In this document: positions 10,700 to 21,452 of the stretch, in pieces | How positions within the stretch are numbered: position 1 is the stretch's first letter | Layout: every line of letters begins with the position of its first letter | Virus record (IMG/VR): IMGVR_UViG_3300032132_000750 | Direction: 5' to 3' (one strand) | DNA length: 64,000 bases | Source: an uncultured virus (IMG/VR IMGVR_UViG_3300032132_000750) | Taxonomy: Duplodnaviria > Heunggongvirae > Uroviricota > Caudoviricetes | Made by a program: the position numbers and the translations under genes | Notes under the pieces: model-generated | What the model saw: only the letters and a program-made list of their open reading frames with translations | The model's database searches: none | What the model was told of the DNA's origin: nothing

Positions 10700-10772
10700 G
10701 GCCCTGTAGATCAATAGTTAGATCGCTGCCCTTTCAAGGCAGAGGTTGCGGGTGCGAATCCCGTCGGGGTCA
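10700..10772 (+). tRNA. tRNA-Glu (anticodon TTC)
   Basis: Cloverleaf: acceptor GGCCCTG/CGGGGTC, anticodon arm CTGCC-CTTTCAA-GGCAG, T arm GCGGG-TGCGAAT-CCCGT; no encoded CCA. Confidence 0.88.
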
Positions 10773-11099
10773 TTATGAAAATAGAATTTGAGTCTTTCTA
10801 TGTAAGCGATACTTATCATTGCGTGCCCTGCGGTAGTGTCTTTGAGGCTCGGAAGGATATGGCTGATCGTGGATTTGTACATTGTCCTCGATGTAATACA
10901 TTGGGTACCATGAACATTAAAGCCTTCCAGGTTGAAGATGATCTTGAAGATGATCAGTCGGATACGCTTCAGCCAGATTTTTTAGACGGGATCGAGTGGG
11001 GACCGATCTAAGCCTTGGCCCCCGAAGGACTTAAGAGTCGGAATCGGCTCTTGACACTGAGCCTAGGGGACTACAATTGGGGTAGCACTCATTGAAGCG

Positions 11100-11211
11100 C
11101 CCAAAGAAAAGTAAGTATTGTCAGTGGATCGTTAACATCGCCCACTGTTGTTCCAGTAAACCCGTTAAAGGCGAGATTTACTGTGATTACCATCTACAAA
11201 TATGGTTTGGG
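11100..11211 (+). ncRNA. Candidate structured RNA
   Basis: Closing CCCAAA/TTTGGG, two hairpins each with CGTTAA in the loop, downstream of TTGACA...TACAAT. Confidence 0.35.
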
Positions 11212-11478
11212 TTAAAGGAAACTTCTAAGTGAGCCGATCTAGGCACTGCTGTATCTTGTTCATGAATCCGCTCTCTTCCTGGGAAATAACACGACTTCGT
11301 GATGAGTTTCCAGACCTAAAAACAAACAACCACCCTGACGCGGTGAACCGATCATTCAGTTTCAGCGTAGAATCTTCCTCTAGCGAATCAAAGCAAGAGG
11401 CTGAAGCTAGTATTACCCATAAAGCCAGGCAAACGGTCAACTACGACAATACGTTGATGTTGATGTCTATGGCGCACA

Positions 11479-11910
11479 GTGAATGAGGACTTCGTGAGTG
11501 ATGCAACTGTTGCTAATGTTGCCAAGAAAACTCAGATTCGCTATTGTGGCAATGATGACTGCTGCGCTAGCATGGGTATCTGTGGTCGAGTTACCTTTGG
11601 CTACGGAGAACTAGACAATCACGGCTACTGGGAACATCCTTGCGTCATCTGCGCCGCAGTAGCTCTGAGATTCGCACCTAGCAGCTATCCAGAAGGTGTT
11701 TGGCCGGAACCGGGTGAAAGCGCAATCCCCGATTGGGCAGGACAAGCCACGCCCGGCGCACAACTGACCTGTGTTCGGTCTGCAATCGAACAAACTATCC
11801 TCAACATCAAAGAAGGTTTCACGCCTCCCTCCGAGATTCTTGGATACATGACTCCGTTGATTGAACAACTCAAAAAACTTGAGGAAAACCTCCAACATCG
11901 GAGCTGGTAA
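11479..11910 (+). CDS. Hypothetical Cys-containing protein
   Basis: 143-aa ORF overlapping neighbours. Confidence 0.65.
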   Translation: MNEDFVSDATVANVAKKTQIRYCGNDDCCASMGICGRVTFGYGELDNHGYWEHPCVICAAVALRFAPSSYPEGVWPEPGESAIPDWAGQATPGAQLTCVRSAIEQTILNIKEGFTPPSEILGYMTPLIEQLKKLEENLQHRSW

Positions 11911-12913
11911 TGAGCAAAAGCGCACCCGCACTTTCGTTGACCTTGGTAGTAGGGAGCCTTCTGGTTGTTGTTGCCATCATCTACGGAATGGAAGCATCAC
12001 ATCGGAAGGATATTGTCACAGGTAGTGGGATGCCTCCGGGTGCCACTAACATCGTGGACCTAGGCCAAAGCTGGTATGAGTTCGATTACAAGGGCTCTCG
12101 TTATCTCTATCACGCATACGGTGCGGGAGAGACTGCTCGTGAGTCGATGGTTCGACTCGAAATCAAGCCAGAGCAGCAGTAATGGACATCTCGATTGGAC
12201 GCATTATCGATCAAGCTCGTGAGTTTGTCGAGGAATGTGACATTGAGAACTACGGCAACATCGGTGAGATGGCTCAGGAAGCCGAACGTCATCGACAGAA
12301 GCTCTCCGAGTTGCTTGAGCAGCTTGACAAAGCTAGCATAGAGTCAGAAAAGTGCCTAGGATGCACTATAACTCTTCGTGGTGTAGATTTCACGGCAGGT
12401 AATTGTCTTATTTGTCATGCCGTAATCTCACAACATCCTTGCAAAACCTGCGAAAAAGACACCCCATGTAGTGTTTTCTGCTTCGCCTGCAAAAAGCTAA
12501 AATAATGTTCGCTGTTCTACTCGAACATTACGGGGATTTCGATATTCCGGTGGCAGATAGTCTCTGGATTCACGAAGGTATGGAAAAGAAAGCCTCCTTC
12601 GACATCAAAACACTGGGGGACTTTGGTGATGACAAAACACCAAACAACCTCATCAAAGCACTGAAGGCGCATGGTTTTAAGCGCCACCCACACACCACCG
12701 TTATTTATGGAGGAAACTACTGATGCTCTTCTTGCTGGGCCTTTTTATCACTATACTAGGGCTCCCGGCTTGTCTTGTGGCAGGAGTTTTCTGTTGGCGT
12801 GCAAACAGAGAAGCAGATTTGATTCGGGAAGGTGCGCGGCCCGCGCAATACCCAATAACATCAAGAATCTGGGCTAAGATTAGGCCCTGGAGAATGAAGG
12901 GGAGGTGGCAAGT

Positions 12914-13483
12914 ATGAGGCTCAACTTGAGCGAGAATGCTGCAAAGCAGATGGCAGAGCAATCTGCCAAAAAGGAAACCGATGTTTCGATTTCCAAGGCT
13001 GAGGTAGAGGCTGCCCGCAACGCGAAGCGTGAAGCGAAGCTTGTTGCGAAGCAGGCCAAGGTTGACGCTCGCAATCGTGCAAAGCGGGCTGACGTGGATT
13101 TGCAAACCCAGCTCGATGCATACCGCTCTGCGGAGGGTGATATTGCGGCTGCCACCAAGCAGATGCAGAAAGATCAAGACGAGTACAACGCACGTTGTGC
13201 GAAGAAGCTTGCAGCCCTAAAGTTGCTTCAACGCGAACTGGAGCGCGTCCACGAGGAAGCTAAGAGCGCCGAGGCCGCGCTAGCAGCGACCCGTGCGGAT
13301 GTCCCCAAGAGCGTCAGCGGAGCGCAGGAGCGAACGCAAAAACTCAATACGCGGCGCGAAGCGTTGGCTGAGTGCTTTGCGGGGAACGAAGCGGCTTGGA
13401 ACGGAGAAAATCTGACCAAGAGCTACAAGGGCAAGCGCAATACGGGTTTGCGTCGCACAGTAAAGGGGATCATCAATGGCTAA
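12914..13483 (+). CDS. Ala/Lys-rich coiled-coil protein
   Basis: GGAGG RBS before ATG 12914; helical composition; visibly GC-richer codons. Confidence 0.75.
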   Translation: MRLNLSENAAKQMAEQSAKKETDVSISKAEVEAARNAKREAKLVAKQAKVDARNRAKRADVDLQTQLDAYRSAEGDIAAATKQMQKDQDEYNARCAKKLAALKLLQRELERVHEEAKSAEAALAATRADVPKSVSGAQERTQKLNTRREALAECFAGNEAAWNGENLTKSYKGKRNTGLRRTVKGIING

Positions 13484-13814
13484 GAATACGAGCATCAAGC
13501 TCTGGCAAGCACTCCTAGGTTGTGGGGGCATCTTGCTCTTGCTGGGGTTCCTGGGTTGGAATTTCTTCATCCCAGCGCAAAGCGGAATGTTCAGTCGGTG
13601 GACGGGCAAGGCAGTAGAGCTGCCTGTCCCTGATGATTGCGTTCGCATCATCAACTTTGGCAAGACGGGTAGCACCAAGTATCTCAGCTACATCAACTCC
13701 GATGGGGAGGCGATCATGCACGAGTACAGCGACCACGGCGTCTTGGAGGCCACCTACAAGCTTTCAGGAGCGACCTACAGCCCTGTGACACTCGCGAAAG
13801 AGGATTCTAAGTAG
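13476..13814 (+). CDS. Membrane-anchored hypothetical protein
   Basis: N-terminal hydrophobic helix. Confidence 0.7.
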   Translation: MAKNTSIKLWQALLGCGGILLLLGFLGWNFFIPAQSGMFSRWTGKAVELPVPDDCVRIINFGKTGSTKYLSYINSDGEAIMHEYSDHGVLEATYKLSGATYSPVTLAKEDSK

Positions 13815-13818
13815 GAAA

Positions 13819-13995
13819 GCTCTCCGTTCTACGTTCTACGCCTGCATCATTAACTTGATGCGGGCTTAGAGCAGTGATGCGCATCGGGTTAATGGTAGCT
13901 CTACGATGTGCGGATGTTGAGGGTTGCTACGGCCTGAAACATAGGTAGATTGGCCCTTTGTGGTCGGACTATCGCTTTTCGGTACGCTGGAAAGC
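13819..13995 (+). ncRNA. Candidate structured RNA with reversed heptads upstream of tRNA-Ser
   Basis: CGTTCTA x2, hairpin GCCTGCATCA/TGATGCGGGC, further stems GGGTTAAT/ATTGGCCC and GCTTTTCGG/CTGGAAAGC. Confidence 0.45.
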
Positions 13996-13999
13996 ACTA

Positions 14000-14084
14000 G
14001 GAAGGTTGGCAGAGCGGTCGAATGCACTGGTTTTGAAAACCAGCGTCTCGCAAGGGACCGGGGGTTCAAATCCCTCACCTTCCG
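14000..14084 (+). tRNA. tRNA-Ser (anticodon TGA)
   Basis: Acceptor GGAAGGT/ACCTTCC, discriminator G, anticodon arm CTGGT-TTTGAAA-ACCAG, long variable arm, GGTTCAAATCC; no encoded CCA. Confidence 0.95.
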
Positions 14085-14950
14085 TTTACATCGTCAGGAA
14101 TAATCATGCTCCAATTTCGTCTTGTTCCCGGTAACAGTATGGACAAGCCCATTGAGTATTCTCTGGGAGATAAGCCCCCTCACAGACACGGCTTTCCCTT
14201 GGACATCGCAAACATTGCGGCAATCCGCTATGTCACGGCGGACGGTGATGAACTGGAATACATCATCAAGCACATGATCGGTCTGCCTGGCATTAAAGGC
14301 ATAATCTTCAAGAGCGATGTTAAAGGCATTGATTGGTCCCAACCGATCAATACCACAGAGAAAGTTACCTGGACCGGTGACCATGCAAGTTTTATCCTCG
14401 CCAACTTTCCAGGAATAATTGAATGAGCACAGCATCAGAAGATTTTGTAGCGCGCGTTATCAGCGGAGAAGAAGCTCTTGAGCTTCCTCCGATGAAGATC
14501 CAGCTTGCTCCGGGTCAAAGATTGATTGTAGGATTCTACGATCCGGCCTGTAATCGCGAACCCAACGGATGGAGTCCTCCCGAGGATCACGATATCGATG
14601 GTGAATTCACCATCGAATATCGGCCCGATGCAATCGTCGTATCAGCAGATATGCCTGACGATGAGCACCGCACAGGAATCATCTATCAGGCCAGCAATGG
14701 TTGCGATGACTCTGACGCTCCAGACGAAGCTTTGGAGGAAGAAATCGATCCAAGGTACGGGCGATGAAAATCGTTGTTACGGCAGGTGAGGTCAATGACA
14801 AAGGCAATTGGGAAGCCTTCTGTGAGTTGAAAAGCATCGGTTATTGGGCAATGAACGAAGGCCAGCTAGAGAGTTCTGAGGAATTCACTTTGACCTTTGA
14901 AGAAGCTAAAAAGATTGGGTTGCGCTACGCAATCCGTAACGAATTAGGCG

Positions 14951-15397
14951 ATGATTGAATCATTTAGTGGCGAATATCGCTGGCTAAGTAACTTTTGGCC
15001 TGTTGAGATTGAGTGGATGGGGCTTGATTTCCCCTCGCTAGAGCACGGTTACGTCGCCAGTAAATGTGCATCTTTTGAAGATGTATACGCAATCCTTCAC
15101 GATGAAAAAGGTAACCAGCGAGAACTAACCGGAGGCCAAGTTAAGCGGTTTGGCCGAAAAATCAAAATACGAGGTGATTGGGACGGGATGCGTGTTCAAA
15201 CAATGCGCAGTCTTCTTACCCTAAAGTTTCAAGATCCAGAGCTTCGTAAAAAGCTGATTGCAACCGGAGATGAGGAAATCATCGAAGGAAACAGGTGGCA
15301 CGATTCGTTTTGGGGGCAATGTTCCTGCGAAACATGTCCTCCTGGCGAAAACAACCTAGGGAAGTTGCTGATGCAGCTTCGTAAAGAGTTACAATGA
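14951..15397 (+). CDS. NADAR / YbiA-like family protein
   Basis: FSGEYRWLSNFWP, KF...L...LIATG...IIEGNRWHDSFWG...GENNLGKLLMQLR. Confidence 0.92.
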   Translation: MIESFSGEYRWLSNFWPVEIEWMGLDFPSLEHGYVASKCASFEDVYAILHDEKGNQRELTGGQVKRFGRKIKIRGDWDGMRVQTMRSLLTLKFQDPELRKKLIATGDEEIIEGNRWHDSFWGQCSCETCPPGENNLGKLLMQLRKELQ

Positions 15398-16307
15398 CCT
15401 ATACTGCCGCTCTCCTTGTCGGAGTTATCATCGGATACGCAGCTAACAGCAATACTGTACAAGACGCTGTGGAGCGTGGGATCGACAGGATGAGCCTGTG
15501 GATCTGGCGAACCAAACAAAAGAGTAAGGAAAATAGTGGAACACTGGAAGCCTGAAAAAGCCGCAGTAGATTATACGGATGAGGAGTTGAAGGGAACTCC
15601 TCTCTATGGGCTGATTGAAAAGGCCGATGCTACCTCTCCCGGTAAGTGTTTACCACTTAATTTGCCAGAAATCGAGGCTTTAAGGCTGGCTCGTGAGTCC
15701 CTCGATGAGCTTCGTCGTATGATGGGTCACAATAATGATCCAGAGCTTCCTCCTGATGACATCAAGCTGGCTAAGATTAGCGGTATATGAGTTGGAAAGT
15801 AGCTGCTCTCAAGCTACAACTTCAAGAAATACACCCATCTTGTACTCATTTTGAGTTAACAGATGATGGGATTGAAATACATTTCATAGACGGCAATCCA
15901 ATGGAAGCTGGGGAGTTTGTCTGGGGTTCACCCACCAGAGAATCCCTAGATGAGCTAGAAGATTTACTCCGAGGAGACAACCATGAGTGAAAAGCCACCC
16001 CTCACCGTTCGTATCAAACACAATCTCTGGCCGGTTGTCGGTGATTGCACTTTGATGGGGCTTTATGCTGAAGCCCGCCTGGCCGATACTCGCGGAGAGA
16101 ACAAATTCGATCACGACAAGCTATTGTTGGAGATTGAACAGACCTCGATGGGTTATCGCAGGGATCATGGTCCTGCGGAAATGATCGTCACAGAGTTTGT
16201 TCCCCTGTGTCTCATCAGAGACGTGCTGAGCATGACCAAGAAGCATAACATCGACATCCAAATCGAGGTTATCGAGATCCACACCGAACCCAACTTCGAG
16301 CGATAAG

Positions 16308-16463
16308 ATGAAATTCAAAGAAAGGCGCAGAAACGTGGAATGTTGTGTTGGATGCGATACCTGCGGAACTCACTGTGTTGTTGAGTGTCCCAGCGGAGAC
16401 GGTGTAGTTTGTAGCGCCGAGGGTGACTCTTACGCAAACCAGAACATCCCCGAAGGTAAGTAA
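16308..16463 (+). CDS. Small Cys-rich protein (51 aa, absent from ORF track)
   Basis: Read manually: MKFKERRRNVECCVGCDTCGTHCVVECPSGDGVVCSAEGDSYANQNIPEGK; its TAA overlaps the next ATG. Confidence 0.55.
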   Translation: MKFKERRRNVECCVGCDTCGTHCVVECPSGDGVVCSAEGDSYANQNIPEGK

Positions 16464-17416
16464 TGCCAGGTAAAATCGACAGTGTAGGCATTAAAAAGTT
16501 GCTTGCTGAGAACACTGGAGTTGCTGCCTCAAAGTGGAGTCGATGGACCAAGTATAAGGTCGGCTCTCCGAGCGATATGAAGCCTCCCAAGGATAAAAGC
16601 CTGTCCTTCTGTAAAGGGATCAAGTTCGGGGAGCATTTTCCGCATTTGCTAGGAGTCTGGGTTCGTCTTTATGGGGCACCTTCAGATCAAGCAGTGACCG
16701 GAGTTGCGGTTTTTGAGAAAGACGGCATTGTCCTAGATATTCTGGGAATCACAGAAACGAAGAATGATTGCGGGGCTCCCGAGCCAGGCCGATTGCGTGA
16801 TCCAGAAGGTTGGGAAAGCTGGTATGGACACGCCTGCGAAAACGGGTTAGACAAGGATGATGATCCTCCGGCAGCAAAATCCAATGCGAAGCAGATTGCC
16901 TACAATGTCATCACTCAGATTGGCTATGTAGAAAGCTCCCATCCATCGTTGCTGTGGTGGACTCATGTAGGAGATGTGGGTAAATCAGGAAAACAGCTTG
17001 CTGAAGAGTTGCGGCAGCTATTTATTACTTTCTACAAAGAGGATTTTATACAAAAAGATTGCTGCAAAGACAAGAAACCTACCAAAAAAAATAAATACTG
17101 CCCTACATGCGGCGGCCCCCTAGGCAATCGGAATCCTTTTGGAAACCCACATCAAGGTCGTGTTGAAAATGCCATCCGAGATTTGCATCTAGGATGTATA
17201 GATTCCATCATGGGCGATTGTCGTCGTGATGACGGTAGGGATTTGGATGATTATTTCAAAGAAAAGGGTTGGGAGTTTTGGCATGGACCAGGTGTTACGG
17301 GTTCTTTAGTTGAAATTAATCAGTTTGACGAATACATGAAATCAGACCCGTGCTGGGGTGATGATCAACACAACTATTACGGCGGTATCTCCGAGGGTAC
17401 TGTTGCTTTTGCTTAA
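16463..17416 (+). CDS. Hypothetical protein with zinc ribbon
   Basis: 317-aa ORF, CC...YCPTCG. Confidence 0.7.
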   Translation: MPGKIDSVGIKKLLAENTGVAASKWSRWTKYKVGSPSDMKPPKDKSLSFCKGIKFGEHFPHLLGVWVRLYGAPSDQAVTGVAVFEKDGIVLDILGITETKNDCGAPEPGRLRDPEGWESWYGHACENGLDKDDDPPAAKSNAKQIAYNVITQIGYVESSHPSLLWWTHVGDVGKSGKQLAEELRQLFITFYKEDFIQKDCCKDKKPTKKNKYCPTCGGPLGNRNPFGNPHQGRVENAIRDLHLGCIDSIMGDCRRDDGRDLDDYFKEKGWEFWHGPGVTGSLVEINQFDEYMKSDPCWGDDQHNYYGGISEGTVAFA

Positions 17417-17438
17417 GATGAAGGTATCGCGCTAGCAC

Positions 17439-17467
17439 TTGAAACTTTCATCAATGTTGCGTATACT
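17439..17467 (+). promoter_or_regulatory. Leaderless-type promoter
   Basis: TTGAAA-17 nt-TATACT, ATG 6 nt after the -10 box, no RBS. Confidence 0.7.
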
Positions 17468-17473
17468 TAGATC

Positions 17474-18223
17474 ATGGGAAGAGTGCCAGGATATCTAGGA
17501 AATACCAGTTATTGGTTTGGAGAACTAGGCTTTAGTAGTTCCCGTAGTAGACGTAGACGCGATGAGCGTCGTCAACAGCAACTACAACAACAGCAGCAAC
17601 AATTAGCTAAGCAGCAAGCGAGCAATATCCAAAAACAAATAAAAGTACAACAGAGATTAGCACAACCAGCTTTTAATAAAGGCCAGCAACAAGCACAACA
17701 GAGAATAGCGCAACAACGCCAACAACAAATGGCTGCACAAGCAAAGGTTGTCGCATCACGAGCCGCACCCCCAAAACCTACTGCGGCCCCTCTGATTATG
17801 CCAACAGTAGCCCCAGCCCCATCGGGAATGACTTTACAACAAGAAGAAGCTATGTTGATGGCGCAGCTTAATGCGGGTGCAAGTGAGGCCCCAATTTCTG
17901 ATCCCGCAATGGACGCTGGTGGTGGGGGTGGTGGTGATTATACCCCATCATCTGGTGGTGAAGCTAGTATGACGCCGGAAGAGATGGAAGAACAACGTTC
18001 TATAGAAGCAGAAAGGGTAGCTGCCGAGCTTGCTGCTAAATTCCCTGGAAAGACTATTACACAAGCTGAAATCCAGGCTGAGGTAGAGACACGTCTCCCG
18101 CAAGCTCCTGTTTTCCCAAGCCAACGTCAAGGCCCTGCGCGACAAGGCTTTTTTGGGAAAGTTCTTGACGCACTGTTCGGGCCTCCATCGCCCCCACAAC
18201 CTTTAGGTTACTATCGTTTTTAG
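17474..18223 (+). CDS. RPGYLG-tag family protein, Gln/Pro/Ala-rich
   Basis: N-term MGRVPGYLGNTSYWFGELG, poly-Q tract, C-term PLGYYRF. Confidence 0.8.
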   Translation: MGRVPGYLGNTSYWFGELGFSSSRSRRRRDERRQQQLQQQQQQLAKQQASNIQKQIKVQQRLAQPAFNKGQQQAQQRIAQQRQQQMAAQAKVVASRAAPPKPTAAPLIMPTVAPAPSGMTLQQEEAMLMAQLNAGASEAPISDPAMDAGGGGGGDYTPSSGGEASMTPEEMEEQRSIEAERVAAELAAKFPGKTITQAEIQAEVETRLPQAPVFPSQRQGPARQGFFGKVLDALFGPPSPPQPLGYYRF

Positions 18224-18694
18224 GCCAAGAGTGGCCCGCTTTGACTACAAGTCAACCCTATACAGAGAACACAATTTGGAATGTCGCAAAAACCTAAACG
18301 GAAGAAGCCAGAAGAAAATTCGGGCTGCCTAAGCGGCCTAATGATGGCCTTTATTCTAGTTTTCTTTGTTCCAATCATGTGGTTGGCAAAGAAAATGGAT
18401 ACAGGGGCTCCCAACGCCGGTCTTGGCTCTGGTATGCTTGCTATCATGCTAATAATGCTTGGAACCGGAATAACAATTACTGCTCTCGTGATTGGGGCAG
18501 GGGTTGTTGCCTACAAAGCGCTATGAGAGACTTGAAGTAGAAACAACATCTGACGGAGAGGCGTAGAGGCCCTCTTTCGGCTAAAAATCCGAAAGAAGGC
18601 TTGATCCTGGCCTCTGGTCGGGTATCATACGGTGGGCCTTGACTCTTGGCCCCTCATACTTTTTAGACCGGCAGTTTTTTGCCACGAGGAAATA

Positions 18695-19057
18695 ATGTTT
18701 GCAAAGCGAGTCCAACCCTGGCAGCTTGGTTTTACCGACTTCGAGATGGAAATTCTTCTCAAGATCATGGATGGGGAAGACCTCACCAGTGCAGAAGAGC
18801 GTCGTGCTGACAAGATGCAGCAAACGATGAAGACGCAATACGAGCGTCTTCGCGTCAAGCGAAGCGGAGACTACGCCCAAGAGCGTTACGATGAGCATGA
18901 TCGCAGCGATGATCGTCATCTTCCGGCTCCTCGTGGTGATAGGAAGCTCTACCAAGTGCCGGATGAGGCCATTGCCGCAAAGCCTGCTCCGAAGCAGCTT
19001 CCTGCCCCGAAGGCTGCAAAGCCCCCTCGCGGTAGGAGAGCAGTTCGCACAAGCTAA
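18695..19057 (+). CDS. Hypothetical basic protein
   Basis: GAGGA RBS; upstream TTGATC-16-TATCAT promoter. Confidence 0.7.
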   Translation: MFAKRVQPWQLGFTDFEMEILLKIMDGEDLTSAEERRADKMQQTMKTQYERLRVKRSGDYAQERYDEHDRSDDRHLPAPRGDRKLYQVPDEAIAAKPAPKQLPAPKAAKPPRGRRAVRTS

Positions 19058-19063
19058 CACACA

Positions 19064-19156
19064 GCGCAGAACGTAGGGCATCGAGCGATGTTTCACAATT
19101 GCCCAACAACCCCTTAAAAGTAAAGCGAACATCGCTCGATGTTCCACGTTCAGCGC
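19064..19156 (+). repeat. Heptad inverted-repeat element 2 (30-bp arms)
   Basis: GCGCAGAACGTAGGGCATCGAGCGATGTTT / GAACATCGCTCGATGTTCCACGTTCAGCGC; 3 G:U and 2 true mismatches. Confidence 0.75.
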
Positions 19157-19489
19157 CACCAACCAAATGTCCGTGATGGCCCCAAAAGGGTCATCCTAGT
19201 ATGGCAGGATAAAACTAGAAACCTGTCAACGCTGGAATCAACCAGACGGGCTACATACATCTACATTCAAAATTCTTTACCAGGATCATATGAAGACAAT
19301 CCAAGTAGTTCTGGAACTCGTCTACCCTGACGAATCAACGTCTACCGCAGAACAACGTGCGATCCATGACATCAAGCGCATGGTCCAGGGCAACAAGCAC
19401 GGCTACGCTAAGAAAGTCACTTTGACACGTCTTGAGCGATTGACCTGCGCTGATGATCGTTTGGGCAATCTCCATAAGGAAATTGGCTG

Positions 19490-19861
19490 ATGGCCAAGAA
19501 AAAGGCCAAGGCAAAGAAGCCCAAGAAAAAGAAGAAAAAGAAGAAAAAGCCAACACAGGCACCTGCGATTCCTACATTCAAGAGCCGTAGCGCAACTGCT
19601 GTGACTCTCAGCTTCAGCGATGAAGGACTTACTGAGGTTGAGGATGTTGCGCTAGCCTGGCTTGCTGCAAAGTTATCCCAAGAGGGGGCACAAGCTGATT
19701 ATGACCGCCTTCCTTGGAACAATGAGCTTAGTGGCAAGGGGTGGGAATCGGCAAGGGATCTCGTCAACAAAACTCGTATTGAAGAGCAAGAAGCCCTCCT
19801 ACACCTACTAGACACCATAACAAGTGAAGGTCGCGTACAGAGACTTGCGCGGACCTGTTGA
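19490..19861 (+). CDS. Hypothetical protein with poly-Lys N-terminus
   Basis: MAKKKAKAKKPKKKKKKKKK. Confidence 0.7.
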   Translation: MAKKKAKAKKPKKKKKKKKKPTQAPAIPTFKSRSATAVTLSFSDEGLTEVEDVALAWLAAKLSQEGAQADYDRLPWNNELSGKGWESARDLVNKTRIEEQEALLHLLDTITSEGRVQRLARTC

Positions 19862-20903
19862 GGAATACATGACCGAAGAAGCACAGACCCCTACTCCCGC
19901 CGCAACAACGCCATCGATGGCAGTCACATCGTACGTGGCGCACTATGTGGTCAAGACGGAAAACGGTTTCCGCGTCCACAATGATGTCACTTTCGAGGAG
20001 TTGGAAAGCCCCGAGATTGTGGCTGGCCCTGAGCCGTTCAAAGAGACTTACCAGGCGCTTTACCGACTCCGCGCAGAGGCGGCTGGTGTTACGGCTTTCT
20101 GCACCCGATGCGGTCACTTTGAGTCGCACAACTCGTGGTGCCGTGTTCCCAGCGAAGAAGCTAAGGCCGCCGCCGCCGCCGCGTAGAAACATTGTCACTA
20201 GGGAATCCCCGCTTGAAAAACAGCAGGGTTAGGCATACCTCTTGGGCGTTTCGATGCCCTCGGTTTTGTAGGTTAGGGGGTTCAAGAAAGACAGTAATGT
20301 TGGACTTGCCCTAGTCTTTTTGAGCATGGCCAGCTAGACTGTGAGTGCTCCTCAAAGATCAAAACAGTGACACTAATACCATGAACAAAAAAGCTGAAAC
20401 CACTTTCGATATCGCGTATAGGCTTCGTAAAGAAGAAAAAATCTCTGACGAAGAATATGCCGCCATCCGAGAAACAGCCAGCCGCGCCATCATCCCAGAA
20501 GGTTCTGTTCCGAGTCGTGGTTATGGTGAGGATGGGTCTTCTGACATTAAGACAGTGGTTTGCCCCCGTTGTTGTGGTCGTGGGTCTGAGATTTTAGTCA
20601 CCTTTTCTAGCAGCGGTGAACCAGAGGTTTGTCGCAAGTGCAAAGGACATAGAATCTGCTACCAGCAGACTAAAACTTGGGCTATTCCTGCGGCGGATCT
20701 AGAAGACCCCTTCAGGATTTCAGCGAGGCCGGTATAAAAAGTAGTTGATAGGGTGCGGCTAACTATCGGGTGTGGAAGGCTGGGACCACGTTAAAAAATG
20801 CACCGACGCTCTATTAACTACCCAGAGGAATCTATGAGAATCAAAAACGGAGGTTCGCGAGATCGATTTAGTAGCTAATAACGGCTGCTAGAAAGAGAAA
20901 ATC

Positions 20904-21452
20904 GTGAACACATTCAAACAAGTAGCGGAAAAGTTCGTCTCAGACCTGAGTTGGAAACAACTCGCGACCTTGAGAGATTGCATCTCAGCACGAAAAGCAA
21001 ACATCATCATCGAGGCTTTGCGCCTAGGAACGATGGAGTGGGCTAACGATGAGGAGATGCGGCTCTGCCGGAACGCAAACAAGGTCAAAGCCATCAAGCT
21101 CTACCGCATACGGACAAGAAAGCCAGCCACAGAAACCACCCCATCCTGGGAAGGTTACTACACATTGGCAGAGTGCAAAGCCGCCATCGACGCAACCTGG
21201 CGGGTCTACGAAGTGGCAAGCTTCGTCATCGATTACTTGAAAGAAGGAAAACCGGGTGACCGAGTAACCTTCTTCAACATCCTCGATGCGCACTTAAACG
21301 AAAGCCCGCGAGGGTTCGAGTACGAAGAGTTGCGAGATGCCTTGAACCTCCTACTGCAAAAGCAAATCATCGGTGAAGAGGTTCCCGAAGGAGACATAAC
21401 GAAAACAACCGACATCTGGTTGTTGGATTGGAACAAAGTCGCAATCGTCTAG
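20904..21452 (+). CDS. Protein containing ribosomal L7/L12 C-terminal-like motif
   Basis: NKVKAIKLYRIRT...TLAECKAAID matches the KIxAIKxxR...LxEAKxxV pattern with an insertion. Confidence 0.5.
   Translation: MNTFKQVAEKFVSDLSWKQLATLRDCISARKANIIIEALRLGTMEWANDEEMRLCRNANKVKAIKLYRIRTRKPATETTPSWEGYYTLAECKAAIDATWRVYEVASFVIDYLKEGKPGDRVTFFNILDAHLNESPRGFEYEELRDALNLLLQKQIIGEEVPEGDITKTTDIWLLDWNKVAIV

Noticed and set aside
13866..14078. 70-aa minus-strand ORF
   Set aside because: Antisense shadow of tRNA-Ser and the structured region
17574..17730. CAA/CAG-rich tract as a DNA repeat element
   Set aside because: Explained by poly-Gln coding sequence
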